DNA of 64,000 nucleotides from Epiperipatus broadwayi. Its lineage: Eukaryota; Animalia; Onychophora. This document shows, piece by piece, positions 52,336-64,000 of the stretch. Location: NCBI GenBank assembly GCA_028023455.1, contig JAQFVV010000009.1, forward strand, positions 15,810,001-15,874,000, written 5' to 3'. Under the pieces are notes generated by a model. That model was not told the DNA's origin. It searched no databases and worked only from the letters and a program-made list of their open reading frames with translations. Position 1 is the first letter of the stretch. Each line of letters starts with the position of its first letter. Both the position numbers and the translations under genes were made by a program.

Positions 52336-55300
52336 AGAGGTTAATAGTAGTAGAAATATATTTTGTTAAATAAAATATATATTAATTATATAAAAAATAG
52401 GCAATGGTAAATAGAGATTTTATGTTAGATAAAATTTAATTAATTAATATTCATTGCTTAGAGTTATTTTATTGAAATCACCTGCTTATTGCCATTGGTT
52501 GTCTTTTTTACAACAAACAAATAGTTGTTTAGTTTCTTAGTTGTTAAATTTAAATCTTTAAGTTAAGATTAGTTTATAAATTGGATGGGTCAAGTTAGGC
52601 TTGTTAGACAGACTGAATGAATTCATTAAAAATTGTGACTACTAACACTACTGATGTCACAATTATTTCTCCATTCAATCTGCCAGATACATAGATATAG
52701 TCAGTTTTTGCAAGAGAGTTCATTTTTGAACTATATTTTTCAGATTCATTCACATTTGTAGAAGATAGGAAGATCTTTAAATGGGAATCAAATCAAGTTT
52801 TAGCCAATTCATGATTGTATTGTCTTGTGCAAGATTGCAATCAAGTTTCAACACTGACATCTTTGTGCATTTTATATATTAGATATATTTGCATAAAGAA
52901 AACAATAAAAGATAGATTGGAGTTAGAATTGCTTGTGTTTAATTAAAGAATATATATTTCATTACACAAACATACAATAATGCCATAAAACCAACATTAT
53001 TCTTTAAGACTAACAGACACTTTATATTCAAAACAAAATATAACTTTGCAATATCAGGGTCTACAAGATAGTATAAATTACTATGATTAGAGATTGCTTA
53101 TTCATAGTTAACTGTCATATCTGAAGATGATTCCACGTTTTAACAACAGTGAACCTAGTTATTAACATGTATTTAACATTCAAGTAGCTATGTAATGTAT
53201 GTGAATATATTTGTTATTATGCATAAATTTTAAATTTAGGTGTTTTTTTATTAATATATTTAAACCCATTTTGACAATATATATATTTTAACTATGTAAT
53301 GTATATCCTTATTTATATAAATATGTTTTATGATGAATCTTGAACTGTATATGCAATAATAATTTTTATAAGAATTGGTGACTGCATTCTATCTGTGAGA
53401 ATAAAATGTTTTTTATTACTTGATTTTAAATTTAGATTTGATATAGATTTGGTAAATTGAAATATCACAGCAACTCATTAAAATAAATTATCTTATTATT
53501 TATATCTAGCTTACCTGTTTTAATACTATGTTATTTAAGCAAATCTCATTTATATGAATGTTTAAACTCATTTTCCATATTTATATAATTGAAAACTATT
53601 GTAAATATTAAAAAGATTAAATATCTATTTCTTATATGTACATAAGTTTGTATATGTATGTTTAAGTATTCACTATTATCATTTTTAGACATTATGATCA
53701 TTTGCAGAATGGATATCTTTCCACTTATTCCTATATTTTTGATCTTTATTTTTCTTGTCTATATCTCCCTGGAAAACAGTTTCTTTTCATTTTACATGTT
53801 CTGAGCACCAACTTATTATTGTAATTCTCTCAACTATAGCTGTTTGTTTTCACCCATTTATTTAATTTTCAATATCTGCTTGTTAATACAAACATTAATC
53901 TCACTGTTTCTAATATATTCTATATTCTGTACATTGTTTTTTATATTAAGTGTCAAAGTTTTAGATACACAAATAAGCACCAAAATTTTCAGCAATATGA
54001 CTTTACTGCATTTCTTTTTAAAAATATGTTATTTCTGTTGGAAGTTTGCTATTCAAATTTAATTTTATGATTAATTTTATTTATTATGTTTTTACTCTTA
54101 TTAATAATGTTGTAAACTTATTTGTAATTGTTAATTCCTTTTAATTTATTACTATCAATCTCATATTTTGTCTTTTTAAAAAAAAAGATTAAATATTATT
54201 TCAGATTTTTTGGTGTTTATTATTTTATTCTTTTATATGATTATCTGATAGTTTTTGTAATTATTTATAAAAAGAACCACTTCATCCACAAAATATATCA
54301 AACAGAGCATCACTTGATCCTTTCAGTAAAACTTTAAATATTTTTCTTAATTTATTGTACTATTTAAATAAATCTATTTGCATTATTTAGTGATCTCAAT
54401 AAGTATGTAGTTAGTAGATATAAGACAATAATATAAACCAAGTTCTCTGATCAATTTTTGGCTATTGATTTTCATCATTAAGTGCAAGAATTGCACTTAT
54501 ACATCTAGAAACAACCTTTTTAAAAATATTATTTGTATTTTACCATCTCTCTACTAATATTTTCTACATAATAATGTACATTTATAATACAAATATAAAT
54601 TTAGTTATAACATGTGAAGATATTTTTATTATTAAACATGGTAAAAAGGTTTCGCATATTTATCTAAAATCATATATTGAAATTAAGAAAAGAAGTCGAG
54701 TTCTGTTTCATTTTAATCTTATGCCATGTTGAGAATTGAACGAAATATATTTGAGATATATACTTGGGAATCAAGGATAGGGAGCATGATAAATAGAAAT
54801 GATTAATATCTGTTTCTCCAATATTCAAGGATAATATATATATATATTTTAAACTGTTTTCTGAAGTAATTTTTTATCTTTTGATCATTTATATGGATAT
54901 TTTTTCAATTTATTAAAGAATTATAAAAATCTTGCTGATAAAGTAGTAGATAAGCTCAAAGAGATGGGATTAATGAAGAAAGTTGAATACTATTTGAAAT
55001 CTAAAACTTTATTATAAAAATTCCAGAGGTTCCAGAGGTTGAATAATTTGTAGTTGTTTGCTCTGAAACTATGAGAAATCATTCTACATGGGTTTATAAA
55101 TTTTACATTTCATCTATTGGTTTTATAGATTAAACAATCTTCAATAGGAGAGAAAACCTTATTCATCGGACTAGCCAAGCTACTGGTGGTTAAAGTTTTT
55201 GAGATTTTCTTTCCTTGTTTTGAGCTCTAGCTAAGAATAGCTGAATACACATTTATTGACTTTTACTGACCAATAATTGGAAGGAGACCAAATTAGTTGT

Positions 55301-58300
55301 GGACTAAATAACTAATTAAAATCCTAAACATGTTTGACAATTCTAAGGTTATCTAAAAAAGAATTCATGGTTTCAAAAGGATTCGAATTCCAGATTGTTG
55401 TCAAGATTGATAGATATGCCAATCACTAGATTTTTATGTAATTGATTCATATATGTATAGTTGTTATTACTTAAATCCTAATATTTTTTGTTAGCCAAAG
55501 ATTTTAATGAGCGAATTATATATATTTCTGTCTAAATACACATACAGTTTGGAAGTCTGCCTATCTTTGTGTTGGAACAAGTTAGTAAATCCAATCTTTG
55601 CTTTGAAACTTTTCTGCAATAGCCTTTTTTCTAAGATGAATTGTGAAATATTTATAAAAATATGAAAAACTTATTCATCAGCTCGTTGGTTAGAAAAATA
55701 AAAAAAGGATGTTCATTCCAGTCCCAATATGTCTGTGGAAGATGTATATTTTATCTGTGCTGTTAATATTTAAATGCTTATAGAAGTCATTGCAATATTT
55801 TCTTTATCACATTTTCCTTGATTTCTATTAGTTATTTGCTGCAGTGTTGCATTTACACTCTACATTTCAAGAATTTTATAGACAAATAAGTAATATTCTT
55901 TTTATGTATTAGAAATATGGATAAAGTTATAACTTTCAGTTACTTTGAGAGATTTTGGACAGGTAGCATAGAGTGGAAAAGAAACCCCTTTCTGGAGTCT
56001 AATTTTGATTTTGCATATTTATAATTTATTTGCTATCAATTTCATTTTATTATACTATTATTAGAATAGATTTACCTGATTAGTACATGGAGTCAAATAA
56101 ATATTTCTGGATCTCTAGTATTGAGTAAAATGCCACTTGATCTCCCAGATCCCTTGTTGTCTCTAAATGTTATAGATATAAATTTAGATCTGGGCAATTT
56201 TTTCAAATGTTAATGTATTTTACCAATACATGTAGAGATATCTACTAATTTAATAAAAAGTAGTCTATCAGTGATGAATAGAACTATTTGAAACAGGAAG
56301 AAAATAATGAAAATCAAGATCCTTTAGTCAAATTTACCATTTATTTTATTTAATAAGCAATTAATAAGTTTGTTGATTAATCTCCTATATCCATCTCTTT
56401 AAATAGTTGCAATAAAATATACCTAAAAAAATTAAAAAACAAGCAAACAGCAACTTATCTTGATTACATTTAGTATTTTAATAGTAGAATTAAATTTTAA
56501 GCTAAATGCAAGCTATATATCTATTTTGAATAGTCACTGGCCAATTAAACTGTGAATTAAAATTGAATTAATAAATATTAAAAAATAAAATTATATAATT
56601 GATTTAATATATACATCTAAGAGTAATAATTGATGTTAAAAATATATATGGAATTGTCATAGGAAAATTAATTGATATTTAAAAAATATGAACATTCGTT
56701 TTTTCTTTATTGAATAACTCAGTAGGTCTGACATTCAAATAACAAAACGATAGGGTGAGTCCTGGAGCTATTTTATTAAATTAATAAGCAGATTTATTCA
56801 TTTTATTTTCCTCAAGTAAGAAATGAACTATCAATACTTTTAGATCTTGAATCGGCCACTAAGCTAACTTCTCGGGACAAATTGAAAATTAAAATAAATT
56901 ATTGTATTAAGAACTTGACTTTTTTTTTTTTTTGTTGGGTATATATATGATTAATTATAATTTTTAAAAACTGTACACACTTCTTCCCCTTATTTTTAAA
57001 TGTATTACAAATAAAAATAATTATGGTAAATATTTTTTGAGATATTTTGGAAACTTGCTACTGATAAGGAGTATTAGAAATACTTATCGTTAGAGAGTTA
57101 TGGCGTACTCTAGAGTTTGAATACTAATTAATTCTTTTACTTATTTAAAAATAAATTATTGAGAATTTTATATTGTTGCATCTTTTGATATTTAATTAAT
57201 CATTTCGTAATCAGTAACCACTCATACATATAGTTAACTCCCAAAATAATAATAATAAAAAATATTCTAACGATGATTATACAAACTAAACTATGAATCA
57301 CAAGAATGCCTGCATATAAAACAAACTGGTCATTTTTCTCTTTGCTTGATATAATGTCTCCTAACTTCTTCTGCTGACACCTTTTCTTTTTGAAATATTT
57401 CCAATATCATGTTTAGTTCTAGGTTTCCAATATATTGTTTGCTTTTGGTATCAGGAATCATCTATAGAGAGAACACAAAAAATAAACACTGGAGAGCATG
57501 GAGGAAACTGATATTATAAAATGCGAGTGGAGAATACCTATCAATCAATGTTTAAATGGTTCAGATACATATGAAATATAAATAAATTTAAATGATGCAT
57601 AATATAGTGTGAATTATAAAAATTACTTCCTCTGAATAAATATATATAATACTGAATAGAATTATTGAAAATGATGGTTTTACTTTCAATAAAACTTAAC
57701 GTGCCTAGACTGCTTTATCATAATTATTAATATAGAAATTGATATGATTATAAAATCATTTAATATTTCTTTTTGATGCTCATCCTATTATGCTTTAGGT
57801 GAAATTAATATAAAAAAATTGCATAGTATTTTTGTACATGTTAAAATAAGTACAATTTCAAAATTTCATTTTTTTTTGTAATTTATTAATTATATTGTCT
57901 AAGTGAATTTTTCCATGATATAAACTTAATTTCCTCCAATATTTTAATATGAAAAGTGGACTCCCCCCCCCCATTCCCAAGGAGATCATAATTACAATGT
58001 TTATTTTATATCAATAATATATCCTAATTTTGATGGGGTCAGTACCTTCTTTGACATGAAGAGTGCAATAAAAAATATCATATGTGCCTAGTTTATAGAG
58101 ATTCTAGGATTGGATTAAAATTTGCAACTTTATTTTGTTAGTGTCAAACATTCATTGTGATACTTGGGATTGCAAATTGTCTGCTAATTTGTTATAATAG
58201 GGGATATATTGAGAGTACCTGCTCTTAAGAAATTATCTAGATATGGGTCTTCAAGCTTTTTGAGTCCAAATATTTTTTATTTGAAAACAGAGACTTGCAA

Positions 58301-61239
58301 TTATATGTCATTGCATAATATGAAATTTTTAACTTGCATCTTCTTAAAATAGAATAATTATTATCATGGTCTATGTTCCAAAACATTTTATCATTATGAT
58401 ATGTTTTTAAAATAATATAATTTGGTAAGATTATTTCTAATTCTAGATCTTTGGTATTATTAAGCTTGAAATATGTTGAAATTAGAGCAGGTATTTTACT
58501 TTCAATAACAATAAATTAATTAATGAAAAATCTTATAACAGGTTCTAATGCCACAGAATTTTCAAATGTGGGAAAAAATCTCTTCTAATAATGTATTGAT
58601 AATTTTTAAGTGTGATTATAGAAGTAAAATTGTCATTATTCAAATTCTCAATATTTTATATTTGGGAAATGATATGATGATTCTCCCTTGCAATTTTAGA
58701 TTTAATTCATCATTAAATTTTGTCATCTTGGTGCAATAAATTCCTTTAGTTGGGCAAAAGGGGAATAAATCCCTCAAGTATTTTATCTCTGCTAAATTAT
58801 CTTACTTCATTCTATAAAAAAAAGGTAGTTTAATTGGATGTCTTCATCTTCTAAAATTAATTAAAATATCTTATGGAATTAATAATTTTTATTAAAATTA
58901 ATTGTTACTTGTTGAAAATCTACAATTTTTGTGCACAATCTTCTCATGAATGAAGAATGATGTATATAAATTTAGAAAATAAAGAATTTTATCTACATAA
59001 GATAATATATCAATTTTTTTGAACCAGGTCATCATTGCTGATACACCATCTGTAATAATTGAAGTTAACTTTTGATTGATAATTTTAATCTATTATGTAA
59101 TCTTTAAAAACAGAAAATATGTTCTCCTTTCTAGTGCATTCTTTCAATAGCAGAATTTTAGGAATGGCAAAATTTTAAGAAATTCTTTTATGGGAGAATC
59201 ATTAAAAACTAATTTTATATAAAATGCTAATTGTGATATATTTGTTATGTCTGATGATTCATCCAACTGTACTGAAAATAAAATACATTTTTTTTAATAT
59301 CATTTACTAATTATCCAAATAGGCTGAAATTACTTCAATTCTTGTTATTACAGTTATTGTCAGTAACTGTATTGTATTTATAGCTGAGACTTTTTTTACT
59401 TTATTTTCAATCTTTGAAAAAGTGAATCTGCAACTTGTAGTATGGCTGCTTTCATTAATTCTCCATCTGTAAATATTTTTTTTTCTTAGCTAGCAGAAGC
59501 AATATTTTAAACAAAATTATTATTTCTGCTTTAGATTATTGAAGTGGTTTAGTAAAAAACAAAACTGTTGCTTAGTAATAGAAGATCCCCCCCCCATCTT
59601 TTTTATTTCAAATTTTATTGGATAGCTAAAATATTTGTATGGACTTCAATATTACTTTTCTTGGGAAAAATGACATTCTTATTGCATAATAAGTGATATT
59701 TTTGCACTTAAAATCAATGAAGCAATATTGTTATTATCAATCATTATTAAAATAATATATTCTTTTTTTTTTTTTACATTAATCCATGATGGATTTTGAA
59801 TAAAAAGAAGTATTAAAATTTTTTTGGACAGCATATCAATGCACTTAGATGCACTTGTAAGACACTTATTTTAAATGCATTAGGTAAACAACTTTTTAAA
59901 TGTGCTTTATGCAGAAAGCAGCTATATTATGTTATAAGCACAAGACATGGCTCATCTGAGGACAGGCTATCTATACTCAGCTTATACTTTTCATCTGATA
60001 CTTTATGATCTTTTCAACTTCAAATATAATAAGAAACATTAAAAATTTATTTTGTTTACCATGGTGTCTTGCAAAGATGCTTCATTGCTGACCTCTGTCC
60101 TGTACAGTATCACACACACACACAAATAGTAAAGATTATTTAGAATTTGGGTAGTTTGGAAAAAAATTAAGAATGGAACTTTTTTTTCTTGTTGATTGCT
60201 CATTTAAAAAAAAGAAAATATTTGTAGAACTTTATTTGAGTTTAATGTTTGTCACATTAACATTTTAAAAAAAAATATATATATTAATTTATTAAAATAA
60301 AATTAGGCATATTTTTTCCATCTGCTATCCATGTTTAGTTTATTGTTGTTCCAAAAAAAATATCTTAATTTATTATTCACTCATGATCTTCATATAAACT
60401 TGTTAACTGAAATGGATCTTAGTGAGAATGTAAATAGGGCAAATAAGGTCCTTAGTCATTAATTTTGAAAATTCCAACTATTAGATGATTGAATCCATGT
60501 ATATGAAATACAATTTTGTTTAAGAAATATGTTCTTGACTATGAATTATGAAAAGTAAATCTTATTTTGCAGAGAAGGATACAAATGATAATGAATGAAA
60601 ACATTGAAAATGATAGATTTATTTTTAATAAAACTAATGAAAAATTTACTATAACTTCTTAATAAACATATTGTACTGTTTTTTTAATTTGTACTACATT
60701 TGAATGATCTGTTAGCAAAGCAACTATTATTGGCTTCAAAGAACTGAGTTTTGAAAGAGAAATTAATGCTATTATTCTGTGATGAAAATACAGAATTGAT
60801 GCATAACAGATCTACACCAGATAAAATGAGATTTCAGTAGCAACATTATATATTTTGTTTGCGAATATGGCTTATTGAACTTTATGGGCAGCATATGTTC
60901 TCATTTATCTTTTTTTAAATTTATATTTATTGTCTGATACTAATGTTTTAACATATTTCATGCATGCATTTTTTACTAGCATATCATATTTATTATTTAA
61001 TTGTATTATTATGTGCATTTAATTAACATTACTATGTTTGATAGCTATGATATGATGGAATTGAGATGAGAACTGCACTGATAATATAAACAAATTTTTT
61101 ATTGTTTAATCTTACAGTAGGTTGTAGCAAAGATAAATACCTCTACAGTGTACTATTTGATCGCAAAACAGAAGGATAATAACAATAAAAGTAAATATTT
61201 AATTTTAGAAATGGTTTCTTTAATATGAATATTGGTATA

Positions 61240-62440
61240 ACTACTCTTAGTGAAAAAGGAACTAAATAAAATAGCAGTATTTATTGTGGAATATCATTAT
61301 TAATTAAAGAAAGATATACTTTCAAGGATTTTGTTGGATAAGTTGAGAATCAAAAACAATAGAGATGGAATTTTATTGACAGATAAATGTAAGAAAAGTG
61401 TTAAGAACAAAAGAATGATTAATATATTAGTTTTATGGATTTGGTCTAGGCATTTGGCTCAATTAATCAAACAGATCTATGACATTGTTTGAAATTAGGT
61501 GGTTATCCACCAGAGTTTATTTGTATTATACAGTTTTTACATAATGGAATGAGAGGAAGTTATTATTACTACAGTTGGAAGATCAGGCATTTGAACTAGT
61601 GTTAAATAAGAATGTATACTTGCTCTCACATTGTTTTGGAATTTTTATGACAGAGGTCTTTGGAATTGTTTATAAGTGGCTAAGAAATCAAAGATCAAAA
61701 TGTGATTCAGGTTTGTTATTGGAATTTTTAATATGAATATTAAAATCAAAATCATAAACTGCAACTTTTTGAATTCTAGATTTACAATATGCTGATGATT
61801 ATACTACTTTTGCTGGTTCAAATGATCATTTACAGAATTAATCTAATGCTTTAAATGTAGTATGGTTTAGTAATTAATATTTAAAATTTAAATTCTTTAT
61901 TAATTAATGAGAGAAGAAAAATCTTCAGCAACTTTTAGCATGGATAGTTATCAGTTTGATAATGTAAGTCAATTTAAATACATTATTAACTATTTAAGCA
62001 GAAAAATGGATTTAGATGTTGAGGTACAGCACAAACTCCAGCATGTTGTTGCTACTTTTAATACATTAAAAGATAAGGTCTTTCATCACAATGAAATAAC
62101 TACTGCAGTAAAAATTTAAAAAATAAAATGACAAGTTCATAAAACCAATCAGTATGTTTTTCATTTTTTCTGGATATAATACTAAATTCACTATATTGTA
62201 AAATCACAACCTCATTGAATTAAATGTGTGAAATAAATGAATAATCCAAGATTTCCTATAAAGATGTTTTTTGGTGAGCTTGAATATGATTTTCATGGGA
62301 AAGATAGATTCCAACTACATTATAAAGATTACCTCTGAGATATTCTAAACTAAAGTGTTGATTGTTTTCAATGAAAAGATGTGACAGAGAATTGATATAT
62401 TGAAGAGCTATTTTTAGACATGGTGTTAAAGTATTTTAGA
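61240..62440 (+). mobile_element. Old BovB-like RTE LINE remnant
   Basis: SFMDL..AF, GYPPEFI (cf. GCPPKF), SVK*ECILALTLF (cf. GVKQGCVLAPTLF), LDLQYADD at ~61778-61800, FKYIINYLS, MFFGEL, YKD. Many stops. Confidence 0.75.
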
Positions 62441-63286
62441 AAGAAAAGTTTTCTATAAAAGTTAAAAGATACCATTGCAAAATATTAAATTAATATAATA
62501 ATAAACTAGCATGTTTGTTATATGGATGTTTTTGTAGTTCACAGATTGGTTTGTATAGTCATTCTAAAACTCAATTCTAGTTTATTATTAGATGTAGATT
62601 TTTTATTTGCTTTTACATCTTAAAATTAGAATGGCTACACTCACTCATAACTGCTGATGATAATGTTCTTAGAGAAACTCTTTTTTTCCAAAGTTTCAGA
62701 AACATGGCTAAATATTAGGGGTGGTAAATTTATTCAAGAAAAAGATGCATAGTGTTAGATTTGCTGTGAAGTGTAACAATTTCTACTCCGGAATTTGTAA
62801 ATAGATAGATGAAAGACTGATTTAAAATTTAGTTTGCAAACGATACCTGTCTCATTTTATCATTCTTATTCTCCAACATTAGGTTCAGAAAGTTCAGGGA
62901 ATAGCTATTATTTTATTGGTATATCAACACCAATTAAAGATTGAATTGTTCTTATGGAGATTTTTAATGCATGTATTGAAAAAAGAATTGTGGCCCAAGT
63001 TATTGGAAGCAAACTTATTAACTAATTAAACTCAAATGATCTGTTATTGAATCTTGCACATTATATAATTTGGTTATCACAAACTCTTTATCATAAAAAT
63101 TGTTGTAAGCAATGATATTTTATAGATTGTGTAAAAAGATAATATGCTGGCATAGATTGTTTGACTGATCACAGATTTGTATCCTCAGGATTATTGTAGC
63201 AGTTGTATTAAAAAATAGATCATATCTCAAACGTATTGCCAGGAAATTTGATGTTCATTGTTCAATGTTATCTGCTAGTCATGCAA

Positions 63287-64000
63287 TTTTTTTTTTTTTT
63301 TTAAACAAAGAATCTTTATTCAATGCTAATTTTTACAGTGAAATAACATAGTGGTTGATATACAATCTATACTTACAATTTTAAACTCCAAAAATAATCA
63401 TTCTTGACAGCCAGTATGCATTGTCTGGTGTCCTATTTAGCACAAACATGTTCTCAAGAAAAATTCAGATCGAACCTGGTCCAATAGGAAAGGCAATTAA
63501 GCTCCATGTTGCTACGTTGAATATCCATCCGGTGATGTCAGTATTCTATCTCTAAGCTTACATCATTTGAGCATATTGTGGAATAAGTTCACAGTGTTCT
63601 TTGTTATTGAGTTAAACATGATCTTACATTTGATAGACCATAAAATATACAACAGGAATATCAACATCCTCATGGAGGCAAAATATCCACTTTTAATACA
63701 ATCCAATGAGAAAAGGGAAGGTTTTGATTGTTTTGTATTAGGTAGTGCTTCATTTCTATGTATATTGAGTACCCAACAATGGAATAGAACGTGAGGAGGG
63801 ATTTTTTTTTTCCTCAGACAAAATTGACATATAGGATTAATTTTGGTAATCTCTCTTTTAAGTGACAGAAAAAAAATTGGTTGGCAAAGCTTCCAGGTTA
63901 ACTTTCAAAACAAAGTCCAGATATCTGGGCTCTAAGGTCCATAGTCTAAATTTCCTTTGTCACCCCCAAGAGAGTCGACTCCAGGTGGGAAGAATTACAT
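63287..64000 (-). mobile_element. L1/Tx1-like LINE 3' end continuing past the window edge
   Basis: T16 at 63287-63302 and tttatt at 63315-63320. Minus strand CQFC...PPHVLFHC (CCHC across an A-run frameshift), then LIFLLYILWSIKCKIMFNS, similar to IFFSIWLTKCTMVFNP in the 366-2549 element. Confidence 0.8.

Noticed and set aside
58216-58493. Short inverted repeats tacctgctct / agagcaggta
   Set aside because: Only ~10 bp plus an 8-bp internal match; too weak to call an element.
7965-58739. Numerous 60-120 aa ORFs in the supplied track outside the LINEs
   Set aside because: They are antisense or alternative frames of TEs, or low-complexity Ile/Phe/Lys-rich chance ORFs often with non-ATG starts, and have no recognisable domains.

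Overview
AT-rich, strongly CpG-depleted eukaryotic DNA, most consistent with an invertebrate animal. The only recognisable host gene is a MiT/TFE-family bHLH-ZIP transcription factor (Mitf/TFEB/TFE3-like) on the + strand. It is seen as two phase-0 exons (3214-3429, 3555-3644). No downstream exon (SCP linker, bHLH, zipper) was found by eye in the remaining ~60 kb, so the rest is probably one giant intron. That intron holds decayed transposable elements: L1/Tx1-like LINE ends, two copies of an RTE-X-like LINE, three RTE copies (one nearly full length), an old BovB-like RTE, Merlin (IS1595/ISXO2-like) and hAT remnants, and several foldback/MITE-like palindromes. The most interesting signals are (i) Penelope-type minimal hammerhead-ribozyme motifs occurring as inverted pairs (best case 20981-21022 on - and 21417-21458 on +, whose complementary mutations reconstruct a canonical core), (ii) a recent composite insertion at 45100-45975 made of a LINE 3' end plus two locally templated copies, one direct and one inverted, (iii) an RTE nested in the tail of another LINE with a fold-back 5' junction, (iv) many long inverted repeats that would form dsRNA in the pre-mRNA, and (v) CpG-retaining, motif-rich islands that may be intronic regulatory elements. 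All family assignments come from motif recognition by eye; no database search was run.
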